From UHGV virus genome UHGV-0246708: a DNA stretch of 46,716 nucleotides, one strand, 5' to 3'. The translations under genes and the position numbers were made by a program. Every line of letters starts with the position of its first letter. Position 1 is the first letter of the stretch. The notes beneath the pieces were generated by a model. The model ran no database searches, was not told where the DNA came from, and worked only from the letters and a program-made list of their open reading frames with translations. The DNA is from a virus. Shown here piece by piece: positions 16,614 to 26,194 of the stretch.

Positions 16614-17405
16614 ATGTCAAAGAAATATAAGATTATTGATACCCTTAGTCGTGTTGAATTTGGAGAATTAAAACAATGTGAGTTTGAATCCTACAAACAA
16701 TTTGTAAAAAAATATAAATGGTTTGAAAACGTCTTTTTTTCCTTTGAGTTAGCGAATAAATCGGTGAAACAATTCAAAGACTTTGAAAAACACATAAATT
16801 CGAAAGAAAATAAATATGATATAAATGAAATTCACACAACTGGGCTATACCATATAACTAGCTTGGTTTTATTTCTAAGATTATTTATCGACAATTCAAA
16901 AAGTTACTCAACCAAGGTGTCTTCAGAGTGTAAACTATTCATCAAAAAAACAGAGAAAAATCCAAGTATAAAAATACTGAAAGCTTTAAGAGATTATTCT
17001 CAACATTACCACTTACCAGTGGAAAATACTCATAGAGTATATGATATATTTAACGAAACTATGACAACAAAATTTATAATCACCAAGTCTGATCTTTTAA
17101 AAAATAAAGAAAACAAACGCAACCTTGCTATTATCGAACAATATCCTGATGATGAAATAAACATTGGTGAAAAAATTGATGAATGGTTTCAAAGTATTAC
17201 TTTGCTTATGGAGAATATTTTAGAAGAATTTACAAGTAATATTTCAGAAGAGACAAAAAATATATTGCGCAATAAGTTTGGATGGATTCAAAGTAAAGAT
17301 AAGAAGTATTTTTTGAATTCAGTTGTTGAAGAAGGTGAGTATTATCCAGAAATCTATTATTCAACAGAACCACGAGTTTTAAATGTTATACTAATGATGA
17401 TTTAA
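16614..17405 (+). CDS. Hypothetical 263-aa protein with an Rx4H (HEPN-like) motif, a candidate abortive-infection or RNase-type moron.
   Basis: RDYSQHYH (R-x4-H-x-H). Very AT-rich, Lys/Asn/Ile-rich composition. It has its own extended -10 promoter TGATATAAT and the RBS AAAGGAG. Confidence 0.55.
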   Translation: MSKKYKIIDTLSRVEFGELKQCEFESYKQFVKKYKWFENVFFSFELANKSVKQFKDFEKHINSKENKYDINEIHTTGLYHITSLVLFLRLFIDNSKSYSTKVSSECKLFIKKTEKNPSIKILKALRDYSQHYHLPVENTHRVYDIFNETMTTKFIITKSDLLKNKENKRNLAIIEQYPDDEINIGEKIDEWFQSITLLMENILEEFTSNISEETKNILRNKFGWIQSKDKKYFLNSVVEEGEYYPEIYYSTEPRVLNVILMMI

Positions 17406-17456
17406 TGCAGTTTTTTTCTATATTTGTAATTAAATTAGAAAGGGGAGGTGAAGTTA

Positions 17457-18182
17457 ATGGCAAATCAGATGAAAGAACCAACTAAAAAAATTAAAGAGAG
17501 ATATGATTTGTTTGTTGATTACTACCTCCAGTCTTTCAATGCGACAAAAGCTGCTGTTTTAGTAGGTTATTCCGAAAAAACAGCAAGGCAACAGGGACAT
17601 AAATTACTAACAAATGCTTACATTAAAGAAAAAATTCAATTGGAAATGAAAAGACTACGCGATCGTATGAAGGACGAGGGATTGCGTAGTTTTTCAATGC
17701 TGTTAGATATAGCAATGCAAACTGAAGGGAAAATACAAGATCACAACGAAGCTGAGATAGCAATTGATAAAATAAAGTCTGAACTTAGCGATTTAGAGCT
17801 CGAAATGCTTAAGGCTAATAACGACTTAGAAAAAGTACAAAAGGCAGCAGATGCTATTGATGGTCGAAAGAAAGAAATGCGAAGCCACAAAAGAAGTCTT
17901 TTAGAGCAGATTGACTCCATAAAAAAAGAATATTTTGAACTGAATCTTGAAAGAGTTGTGTTACTAAATGAATTGTCAAAGCATCAATCTCGTTATCTTG
18001 ATGCCAAGGAATGGGAAAAATTACAGAGTCTAAAGAAATCTATTTTCCAAGACATTTTAGACCGAGGTGGCTTTAAAGCAATTGACCAGATACAGCATAG
18101 CGGAAAAGTGGATGTTAATCCGCTTGCGAATTTGTCGGAAGAAGAATTGAGGCGATTAGCAAATGGACCAAGAGCAACTTGA
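17457..18182 (+). CDS. terS: Terminase small subunit. The track starts it at 17448.
   Basis: The N-terminal HTH YDLFVDYYLQSFNATKAAVLVGYSEKTARQQGHKLL matches Terminase_2. It lies immediately upstream of, and overlaps, terL. Confidence 0.8.
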   Translation: MANQMKEPTKKIKERYDLFVDYYLQSFNATKAAVLVGYSEKTARQQGHKLLTNAYIKEKIQLEMKRLRDRMKDEGLRSFSMLLDIAMQTEGKIQDHNEAEIAIDKIKSELSDLELEMLKANNDLEKVQKAADAIDGRKKEMRSHKRSLLEQIDSIKKEYFELNLERVVLLNELSKHQSRYLDAKEWEKLQSLKKSIFQDILDRGGFKAIDQIQHSGKVDVNPLANLSEEELRRLANGPRAT

Positions 18183-19599
18183 TGCATTAGCTAACGCTGC
18201 ATTGGAAGAACTAGCTAGACGAAATTATGGAGATTTCTTCTATTTGTCACATGGTAAACAATGGGATTTATTAAGACATCAGAAATACATTACAGATCGA
18301 CTTCAAAAAATAATTGATGGGGAGCAAAAGTATTATATTATTGAAATACCTCCCCAACACGGTAAATCTACTGTAATTACAGAGACATTTCCAGCTTATT
18401 ATTTAATGAGGCATCCAGATAGTCTGGTGATGGTTGTTTCTTATTCAAAAGAATTATTCCAAAAGTTTGGTAGAAAGAACCGCGAAAAGTTCCGCTTGTT
18501 TTCGGACCAATTATTCGGCTTACAAATAAGTTCTGAAACTTCATCTGTTAGTGAATGGGGAGTTGAAGGTCATCTAGGCTCGCTTTACAGTACTTCTATT
18601 TTAGGTGGTGCAACAGGACGTGGAGCAAGGCTTTTAATTATCGATGATCCGATAAAAAATAGAGCAGAAGCTGAATCTAAAACAATTCGCGATAAAATAT
18701 ATAATGAGTGGCAAGACACTTTCTATTCTCGTTTGACGGCGGATGCCAGTGTCATTGTAATCATGACTAGATGGCATGAGGATGATTTAGCAGGTCGTCT
18801 GTTAAAAGAACAAACACTGCCTTGGGAAGAAATTAAAATACCAGCTATAGCCGAAGATGACGACTTACTAGGAAGAAAACCAGGAGAAGCGTTGGCACCT
18901 GAAATTGGGAAAGATGAGGAGTGGGCTGCTAAAACAAAAGCAGTTACTGGTTCTCGTGGTTGGGCTGCTTTGTACCAACAACGACCGACGCCAGCAGGTG
19001 GTAACATTTTCAAACGTTCATGGATTAAGTTCTATGTGCCAACATTATCCAAAAAAATTGAATTAAGTTTAGGCGATGACGTGGTTATTTTACCACGTCT
19101 TTTTGATAGACAAGCTCAGTCTTGGGACTGTACTTTCAAAGACACCGAAACATCTGACTATGTATCTGGTCAGGTATGGGGCAAGAAGAGAGCCGATTTT
19201 TATTTATTAGACCGTCATCATGAGCGTATGGGCATAGTTGAAACGATGAAAGCAATCAAAGTTATGTGTAATAAATGGCCTAAAGCCAGAGGGATTTATA
19301 TTGAGGATAAGGCAAACGGAACCGCTGTTATTGAGATGTTAAAGAAAAAGATATCTGGAATAGTTCCTGTGACTCCAGATGGTGGAAAAGAAGTTAGAGC
19401 CAACGCAGTTGCTCCTCTTTGGGAAGCAGGAAATATCTATCTTCCTCACCCTTTAATTTGTCCTTGGGTAAATGACTTTATTGATGAACTAATAGCGTTC
19501 CCAAATGCAGAACATGATGATGACGTTGACAGTATGACCCAATTGTTAAACAAAATGGTCAGCAAAGTAAGTTTAAGAGAAAGGTATCTCGACAATTAA
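18163..19599 (+). CDS. terL: Terminase large subunit (ATPase plus nuclease).
   Basis: Walker A EIPPQHGKST. Walker B LLIIDDP. C-terminal nuclease acidic residues. Size 478 aa. Confidence 0.9.
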   Translation: MDQEQLDALANAALEELARRNYGDFFYLSHGKQWDLLRHQKYITDRLQKIIDGEQKYYIIEIPPQHGKSTVITETFPAYYLMRHPDSLVMVVSYSKELFQKFGRKNREKFRLFSDQLFGLQISSETSSVSEWGVEGHLGSLYSTSILGGATGRGARLLIIDDPIKNRAEAESKTIRDKIYNEWQDTFYSRLTADASVIVIMTRWHEDDLAGRLLKEQTLPWEEIKIPAIAEDDDLLGRKPGEALAPEIGKDEEWAAKTKAVTGSRGWAALYQQRPTPAGGNIFKRSWIKFYVPTLSKKIELSLGDDVVILPRLFDRQAQSWDCTFKDTETSDYVSGQVWGKKRADFYLLDRHHERMGIVETMKAIKVMCNKWPKARGIYIEDKANGTAVIEMLKKKISGIVPVTPDGGKEVRANAVAPLWEAGNIYLPHPLICPWVNDFIDELIAFPNAEHDDDVDSMTQLLNKMVSKVSLRERYLDN

Positions 19600-19621
19600 A
19601 AATTTGAAAGGCGGTGAGTAA

Positions 19622-21016
19622 ATGGGGAATATAGCCAATGAAGCTAAGTTATTAAAGTTAGATGGTAAAGCATATCGAAGTGACTTTATGCTTGGAAATG
19701 GCAAAGGCCATGCTAGAGACAACTTATCTAGACAAAGACCAGGTATGAGCAAGAGATTGTCACACTCACAATTAGAGTCACTTTACTCGTCTAACTCGAT
19801 GGCGAAAAATATCGTAGACATTCCAGCAGAGGACTTAACTAGAAATGGGTGGAGTCTCAAAATGCAAGATGATAAAGTAAAAGCTCTGTACGAAAGTAAG
19901 CTGAGACAACTGAAGGCTAAGGAACGATTACAACAACTATTCACGTATGAACGATTATATGGAGATGGATTCGTAAGTATTGGAACAATAGAGAAAAGAG
20001 AATACTCTCTAAGTGAACCATTAGACTTTGAAAATATTAAAAGTGTTCCGTATATTAATGCATTCTCAGGCAAAAAGATTAGTAATCGAATTATTGATGA
20101 AGATGTTTTTAGTCCAAACTACGGACAGATTGAATCTTTTGAAGTCAATAACAGATCAAACAATAGTCGTATCCAGTTGTTAAATAATACGACATACAGT
20201 ACTGCGACTAAAATTCATCGATCGCGAGTGCTGCATCAGCAAAATTTACGCTTTGAAGATGAATTAGAAGGATCATCTTTATTAGAGAATCTTTATGATA
20301 TCTTAACTGTAGCAGATACGTCTGTGTGGTCAGTCGGGCAAATACTGTATGATTTCATCTTTAAAGTCTATAAGTCATCAGATGTACGTAGTTTAACGGC
20401 AGCAGATAAAGCGGAGATTGCCATGAAAATGGATTATAAGTTCAGAACTGAGGCACTTGCCATCATTGATTCTGAGGAAAGCTTAGGTAAAGAAAGTTCA
20501 CCAGTTTCGGGTATTGGGGAACTTCTAGATTTTGTTTGGGATTACTTAGCAGGGGCTGCTCGAATGCCTAAGACTGTTTTAAAAGGTCAAGAGGGCGGAA
20601 CTGTTACCGGAGCACAATATGATGTCATGAACTACTATTCTCGTATAACTGCTATACAAGAAAATCAATTAAGACCGCACCTTGAATATCTCATGCGGTG
20701 TCTAATGTGGGCAGAGGACGAATGTGGCGGTCGACTTGACCCTGATTCAATCGAATGGTCTATTGAATTCAATCCACTTTGGAATGTTGACAGCAAGACA
20801 GATGCCGAAATACGTAAGTTGACAGCTGAAACAGACAAAATTTACATCGAAGCTGGTGTATCTGATCCAGAAGATGTCCATGAAGCGCGCTTTGGTCGGT
20901 TTGGCGTAACTGAAACTTCTAAATTTAACGCAGATAGCTTAACACCAGACGAATTAGACATAATGGCTGCTGCTGTCTATACGAACTATAAACGGGTAAG
21001 GGATCATGAAAAATAA
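19622..21016 (+). CDS. Portal protein.
   Basis: 464 aa. It sits directly after terL and before the gp7-like head morphogenesis gene. Confidence 0.8.
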   Translation: MGNIANEAKLLKLDGKAYRSDFMLGNGKGHARDNLSRQRPGMSKRLSHSQLESLYSSNSMAKNIVDIPAEDLTRNGWSLKMQDDKVKALYESKLRQLKAKERLQQLFTYERLYGDGFVSIGTIEKREYSLSEPLDFENIKSVPYINAFSGKKISNRIIDEDVFSPNYGQIESFEVNNRSNNSRIQLLNNTTYSTATKIHRSRVLHQQNLRFEDELEGSSLLENLYDILTVADTSVWSVGQILYDFIFKVYKSSDVRSLTAADKAEIAMKMDYKFRTEALAIIDSEESLGKESSPVSGIGELLDFVWDYLAGAARMPKTVLKGQEGGTVTGAQYDVMNYYSRITAIQENQLRPHLEYLMRCLMWAEDECGGRLDPDSIEWSIEFNPLWNVDSKTDAEIRKLTAETDKIYIEAGVSDPEDVHEARFGRFGVTETSKFNADSLTPDELDIMAAAVYTNYKRVRDHEK

Positions 21017-22250
21017 TCCAAAAACAAGATATCCGTTACGTTTAGAAGAAAGCTATGCTAAAAACATTCAGAAGGCCCTAAAAGAAATAGAAAAAGTTTC
21101 ATTATATGAATTTGATAAGTATTTAGCACCGATGATAGATGAAAATAAGCTAGTAAACGATTCAAAGTTTATTCAAGACGGACTATTTGATGCCGCATCG
21201 AAACTAATTAGAAAAGCGCAAACATACTTTTTAGGTATTCTTCAAAACAGAACCGCACAAAAAATAGTTCGTAAGCATATTAATAGTGTCAACGCATTTA
21301 ACAAGTCTAATGTGAACTCTCAACTTAGCGCTAGAGGAATAAACCCACTACAGACTGAAAAATGGTTAGACAGCTATGTTCAAGCTAAAATAGCGGAAAA
21401 CATCAGTTATGTCACTAATATTCGTGATGATTACTCAAAAAAGTTTGAACAGGTTATTTATCGCGGAATCACAGAAGGCAAATCTTCAAACGAGATAAGA
21501 GAAGAGCTTGTTCATCAAGCTGGTATGTCATCAGACAAAGCAGCGTTTATTGCTCGTGATCAGACAGGTACTATTTTAGGTCAGATGAATAGTGAACGCC
21601 AAAAACGAGCGGGATTTCAAGCTTTTAGATGGAGTGATAGTGGAGATGAACGAGTTAGGGATTCTCATCGAGAACGTAACGGGAAGATTTACTTTTATGC
21701 TGATAATCCATTATTACCAGGCGAAGAATATAATTGTCGCTGCGTTGCTGAACCAGTCGACGATGAAGAATTGCTTGAAGAAAGCATTGATCTTGGCCTT
21801 TCTAATCAAGAAGAGCATGCGGTCAAGACATATGTTAGCTCTGAAGCTTACAAATTAAACGATAAGCTAAGAAATGGTTATCAGTTAGATGAAAGCGACT
21901 TGAAATTGATAGACAATTTAGACAAAGCGTTAGACAAAATGACCAACTATGATGGTGAAGTAACACGTTCCATGTTTTTTGATAGCAGTGATGATCTAGT
22001 GAAGTTTGCTAACAACTACAATTTAAATGATGTTGTTCAATTTCCTGAATACATTTCGACTACAAAAGACATTTACTCAGAGCAAGACTCGTTAAGATTT
22101 GTTATAATGAGCTCAACTGGAAAAGATTTAGGTTCTTACAACAAGTCTGAAAAAGAAGTTCTGTTTAATCGTGATGCCAAGTTTATTGTTAAAGACAGAT
22201 ATTTATTGGATGGAAAACCATATATAGTACTGGAGGAGTACCATGAATAA
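21006..22250 (+). CDS. Minor head / head morphogenesis protein of the SPP1 gp7 family, with a C-terminal ADP-ribosyltransferase-like domain.
   Basis: gp7/Mu F motif FRWSDSGDERVRDSHRERNGKIYFYAD...NCRC. The C-terminal region carries an Arg motif (VTRSMFF), STT (YISTTKD) and ExE (SEKEVLF), a layout typical of R-S-E ADP-ribosyltransferases. Confidence 0.85.
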   Translation: MKNNPKTRYPLRLEESYAKNIQKALKEIEKVSLYEFDKYLAPMIDENKLVNDSKFIQDGLFDAASKLIRKAQTYFLGILQNRTAQKIVRKHINSVNAFNKSNVNSQLSARGINPLQTEKWLDSYVQAKIAENISYVTNIRDDYSKKFEQVIYRGITEGKSSNEIREELVHQAGMSSDKAAFIARDQTGTILGQMNSERQKRAGFQAFRWSDSGDERVRDSHRERNGKIYFYADNPLLPGEEYNCRCVAEPVDDEELLEESIDLGLSNQEEHAVKTYVSSEAYKLNDKLRNGYQLDESDLKLIDNLDKALDKMTNYDGEVTRSMFFDSSDDLVKFANNYNLNDVVQFPEYISTTKDIYSEQDSLRFVIMSSTGKDLGSYNKSEKEVLFNRDAKFIVKDRYLLDGKPYIVLEEYHE

Positions 22251-22407
22251 AAATGAGAAAAACAAACGTAGATGGGAAGACGTTCCCAAATCAAAAAGTC
22301 TAGGTTACCCAGATGAAATGACAAAAAAAGAAATAGATACATCGAAAAAGAAAGATAAAGATTTTATGCAGCAATTGAAAAAATCTTTAAAAGAAAAAGA
22401 AGAGTAG
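22243..22407 (+). CDS. Small 54-aa Lys-rich ORF. Not in the track.
   Basis: GGAGGAG RBS. The start overlaps the gp7 stop. Confidence 0.3.
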   Translation: MNKNEKNKRRWEDVPKSKSLGYPDEMTKKEIDTSKKKDKDFMQQLKKSLKEKEE

Positions 22408-22442
22408 CACCGACCTATAGGTTGGTGCTATTTTTATACTCA
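22408..22442 (+). terminator. Strong rho-independent terminator inside the head module.
   Basis: GCACCGACC-TATA-GGTTGGTGC 9-bp stem followed by TATTTTTAT. Confidence 0.55.
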
Positions 22443-22461
22443 AAAAACAGGAGGGACATTA

Positions 22462-22749
22462 ATGGATAGTCAAAAATTTATTGATTTATGTAAAAAGCGT
22501 GTTGTTGATTTTGCTAATAGTCAATTGGATTACACAGATCAAAAAAAAATAAGCGAGTCTGATATTTACGTGGTCTGGTTGGCGAAAACCCTGCAAAATA
22601 ATAAAGCATTATTAAGTACCAATCTATTTGATGGTATGTATTACGAAGTTACCTTCAACGGTGATAAAAATGAACTATATTTCGATGCTTATAAAAAGTG
22701 GAGAAATATCAGGTTTGATGTAACTGAAGGAGGTGATCAAAATGGCTAA
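22462..22749 (+). CDS. Hypothetical protein (95 aa).
   Basis: RBS AGGAGGG. Confidence 0.45.
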   Translation: MDSQKFIDLCKKRVVDFANSQLDYTDQKKISESDIYVVWLAKTLQNNKALLSTNLFDGMYYEVTFNGDKNELYFDAYKKWRNIRFDVTEGGDQNG

Positions 22750-22951
22750 AGAGAAAAAAGCTTCTAGTAAAGAAGAAAACAAAAAAGAGTTGTCAAAAAC
22801 TACGCAAAAAACGACTCATACTGTTTCTGAAGGAGAAACTGCTAGTGAAATTGCGACACGCTATCATATGAGCCTACGAAAATTACTGGATCTTAATGAG
22901 TTAGAGTCGATTAATCAAGTAACCGAAGGCATTCGCTTATTAGTCGAATAG
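22733..22951 (+). CDS. Small LysM-like domain protein (72 aa).
   Basis: HTVSEGETASEIATRYHMSLRKLLDLNELESINQVTEGIRLLV fits the LysM pattern. Confidence 0.45.
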   Translation: MIKMAKEKKASSKEENKKELSKTTQKTTHTVSEGETASEIATRYHMSLRKLLDLNELESINQVTEGIRLLVE

Positions 22952-22963
22952 TGGGGTGAAGAC

Positions 22964-24064
22964 ATGGTAATTAGATATGACAAAGCCTTTATTCAGGATT
23001 TTAAAGAAACTGATGAAGGCTATTTGACAATCACAGCTTGTCCAATTACACGACCAGGTGTTTTCCCTTACCGCCGAACTGATGGTGGATTATCAATGGA
23101 GGCAAAATTGCCTGATGAATTATTTTCTAAGACAACTGTACTTTCAGCAAATGCTAAGCCAATGACTGATGATCATCCGACCGAACCAGTAACAGCAGCT
23201 AATTACAATAAATATTCAAAAGGCATGACTCATAATGATGCTCACGTTTTAGATAATAAGCTATTGGTTTCGTTCACAATTACAGATGCAGAGACAATAA
23301 AGAAAATTAACGATGGAAAACGTGAACTGAGCATCGGTTTTCAAGCAGATGTAACAAAAGAAACTGGCGTGTATAATGGCATGCAATATGATTCTGTTCA
23401 GAGAAACATGCAAATTAATCATATTGCAATAGTTGATGAAGGGAGAGCTGGTCACGAAGTTGCTATTCGTGGTGATTCAGCCGCTTTCATGATTGATACT
23501 AAAGATAAACAAACAGGAGGAAGTAATATGCCAAAGTTAATTATTGATTCAAAAGAGTATGAAGTAGATCCAGTAGTTAAAGCAAACTATGATGCTATGC
23601 AAGCAAAATTAGATGCTGCTGAACAACGTAGTTCTAACGTAGAGAAATTAGAAGGTGAGCGAGATGCTTTAAAAGCTCAAATTGATAAGTTGAATAAGGA
23701 AATTGACGAAGCAAAGAAAAAAGAAGTAACTGCAGATGCTTTGGATAAGCGTGTTCAAGATCGTGTTGATCTAATTAATAAAGCACAAAAGTTTCTTGGT
23801 GATTCAGTTGATTTCACTGGCAAATCTGATCGTGAAATTAAAGAATCAGTAATTGCCAAAACATCACCTGACTTTAAAGGTGATGGAAAATCTGACGATT
23901 ATATTGCAGCATACTTTGATTCAGCAGTTGCAAATGTGGAGAAAAAAGGATTTACAAATCCAGCAGCGTTCAACGATGCAAAAGATAAAGATAAAGAAGC
24001 TGCGGAAGAAATTGAAAAACAAAAAAATAACCGTTTGAACATGAACAAAAAGGAGGATAAATAA
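22964..24064 (+). CDS. Head scaffolding protein (N-terminal globular domain plus C-terminal coiled coil).
   Basis: Position before the capsid gene. The Lys/Glu/Ala-rich coiled-coil C-terminus is typical of scaffolds. Confidence 0.55.
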   Translation: MVIRYDKAFIQDFKETDEGYLTITACPITRPGVFPYRRTDGGLSMEAKLPDELFSKTTVLSANAKPMTDDHPTEPVTAANYNKYSKGMTHNDAHVLDNKLLVSFTITDAETIKKINDGKRELSIGFQADVTKETGVYNGMQYDSVQRNMQINHIAIVDEGRAGHEVAIRGDSAAFMIDTKDKQTGGSNMPKLIIDSKEYEVDPVVKANYDAMQAKLDAAEQRSSNVEKLEGERDALKAQIDKLNKEIDEAKKKEVTADALDKRVQDRVDLINKAQKFLGDSVDFTGKSDREIKESVIAKTSPDFKGDGKSDDYIAAYFDSAVANVEKKGFTNPAAFNDAKDKDKEAAEEIEKQKNNRLNMNKKEDK

Positions 24065-24066
24065 CT

Positions 24067-24537
24067 ATGACTATTCCTTATCCAGAAAAGTATATGAAGC
24101 CTGAACTTGGTATTGGGAAATTAGCTAATTATCAAGGTGTACAAGCAGATAGTCTTGTTGCAGGTGCTGGTGGCTTAGGTTTCGGTGTAGGTGTGCAAGT
24201 GAAGGAAGATGTGGCAACAACTTACCAAGATGGTCAATTCTACGGTGTCACCTATGCTAAAAACTACGTGGAAGAAATTCCTTTCGGAGACATTGAAAAA
24301 GTTGGTCTCTATAAAGAGCACGAAATGGTGCCGATTTTACGTAAAGGGGCTATTTGGGTGAAAGTTGATGAAGATGTTTTAGCAGGAGAAAATGCAAAAG
24401 CTTTATCAACTGGAAATTTTGGAAAAGCAACTATTAGTTCTGATCCAGCTACGACACCATCAGATACCGTGATTGGTACATTTAAAACAACAGCATCAGC
24501 TGGTAATTTAGCAGTTTTACAAATTAACTTACCTTAA
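24067..24537 (+). CDS. Head-associated structural protein (156 aa; decoration or unknown).
   Basis: Position between the scaffold and the capsid gene. Gly-rich. Confidence 0.45.
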   Translation: MTIPYPEKYMKPELGIGKLANYQGVQADSLVAGAGGLGFGVGVQVKEDVATTYQDGQFYGVTYAKNYVEEIPFGDIEKVGLYKEHEMVPILRKGAIWVKVDEDVLAGENAKALSTGNFGKATISSDPATTPSDTVIGTFKTTASAGNLAVLQINLP

Positions 24538-24558
24538 AAAATCTAGGAGGACAACTAA

Positions 24559-25440
24559 ATGGGAAATGATGTAACAGCAACTTTAGAAGCACGTGACCTA
24601 CAAGCAATTGATAAGGTCATTTATCAAGCACCACAGGAGGAACTTGTGGCGCGAACCATGTTTAATGTTAAAACAGATATCAATCCAGGAGCGGAAACAT
24701 ACGGTTACTATGTGATGACGCGTAGCGGCGCTGCTAAAATCATCGCAAATGGAGCTGATGACCTTCCTTTAGTTGATATCGACATGAAACGTTATCAATC
24801 GCCAATTTTTACTATTGCGGCTGGCGTTCGCTATAGCCGACAAGAAATCCGTCAAGCTCAAATGATGGGAACATCCATTGATGCTACAAAAGCAGAGGTA
24901 GCACGCCGCACCATTGCTGAAAAAGAAAACAGCTTCGTCTTTGTTGGTGATCCTAAAGTTAATCACAAAGGTGTCGCTAACGCTGAAGGTATTCAAGTGA
25001 TTAATTCGGCTAAAACTTGGAAAACAATGACTAGTGATGAGATTGTTGAACAATTGCGGACATCTCGTGCTAAAATTACGATTATTCCAGGTTTCAAAAG
25101 TGCGAACTTAAAGTTGATGATTGCTCCAGAACAGTTTGAAGAATTAAATCGTCGTTACAGTGACTATGACTCGCGTTCTATTATGAAGGTAGTGCAAGAG
25201 AACGGATGGTTCTCGTCTATTGAACAAGTTTACGATCTAAAAGGTGTTGGAACCAACAAAACCGATTCTTTCATCATCATGGATACTAAGCCATCAACTT
25301 GTGAGATTTTAATTCCAGAAGACATTGTCCGTTTGGAAGTTGAGTGGGCTTATCCAAACTGGAAAGTGCCATTTGAGGAACGTTGTGGTGGCGCATTAAT
25401 CAGAACACCTTACGCGATTGTTCGCGTTGATGGAATTTAG
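24559..25440 (+). CDS. Major capsid protein (293 aa).
   Basis: Strong RBS AGGAGG. Position and size. No programmed-frameshift partner seen. Confidence 0.7.
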   Translation: MGNDVTATLEARDLQAIDKVIYQAPQEELVARTMFNVKTDINPGAETYGYYVMTRSGAAKIIANGADDLPLVDIDMKRYQSPIFTIAAGVRYSRQEIRQAQMMGTSIDATKAEVARRTIAEKENSFVFVGDPKVNHKGVANAEGIQVINSAKTWKTMTSDEIVEQLRTSRAKITIIPGFKSANLKLMIAPEQFEELNRRYSDYDSRSIMKVVQENGWFSSIEQVYDLKGVGTNKTDSFIIMDTKPSTCEILIPEDIVRLEVEWAYPNWKVPFEERCGGALIRTPYAIVRVDGI

Positions 25441-25454
25441 GAAGGAGAATACAA

Positions 25455-25841
25455 ATGTTAGTTCATAATAAAGGCAAGTTTATTCGACACATTGGTGATG
25501 TTCGCTTGATACCAGGTATGAACGAATTAAGCAGTTCAGATATTGAAACTTTTACTAAAGGAATGGAAGTACCATTAAATAAAGCTTTGGAAAATCAGGG
25601 GGAAATTGAAATTCTGGATCAACCACAAAAAGGGAAAACGAAGAATTCTGTTGGATTTTCTGAATTAGCAGCAAATAAAGCAGTAGAATCCATTGCTGAT
25701 ACGTTCGATTTAGAATTGTTGGAAAAATGGTTGGAAGAAGAGCAAGCAAACAAAAATCGCACAACTGTAGTCAAAGCAATTGAAAATCAAATTGATGATA
25801 TTAAAAACCCTGATGAAGACAGCGTAGTTAATCCAGAATAG
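25455..25841 (+). CDS. Head protein (128 aa), hypothetical.
   Basis: Gene order. Confidence 0.45.
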   Translation: MLVHNKGKFIRHIGDVRLIPGMNELSSSDIETFTKGMEVPLNKALENQGEIEILDQPQKGKTKNSVGFSELAANKAVESIADTFDLELLEKWLEEEQANKNRTTVVKAIENQIDDIKNPDEDSVVNPE

Positions 25842-25852
25842 GAAGTGGTACT

Positions 25853-26194
25853 ATGCCAAAAAGCACAGTTGAAAATGTTAGGTTAACAGCTGCAGAACTA
25901 GTAGGAGTTAACAATGATTCTATTAAGTTGTTTATTGATGATGCTTGGCTAGAAGTAGATGCATTGCCATTTAAAGAAGAGGTTAAGGAGAAAGCGTGTC
26001 GATATCTCGCTTGCCATCTAGCCGTTTTGAACAACCAAAATACTAAATCCGAGCAAGTAGGCTCGCTAAAAAAAGAGTATTCGGGTTTTCACTCAACTTT
26101 TACCGACCTAAAAAGAACCGTTTATGGTCAAGAGTATTTACGTCTTTACAACGAATACGCTAAAAAAGGTTCATTGAGTTTGGTTGTGATTTGA
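25853..26194 (+). CDS. Head-tail connector (gp6-like) protein.
   Basis: 113 aa. N-terminal VRLTAAELVGVNNDSIKLFIDDAW resembles Phage_connect_1. Confidence 0.55.
   Translation: MPKSTVENVRLTAAELVGVNNDSIKLFIDDAWLEVDALPFKEEVKEKACRYLACHLAVLNNQNTKSEQVGSLKKEYSGFHSTFTDLKRTVYGQEYLRLYNEYAKKGSLSLVVI

Noticed and set aside
18723-20073. Minus-strand ORFs within terL and portal (18723..19013, 19783..20073)
   Set aside because: They are antisense to strongly supported genes. No signals.
21592-21858. Plus-strand 88-aa ORF in an alternative frame inside gp7
   Set aside because: It is embedded in the conserved gp7 motif region. No start signals.
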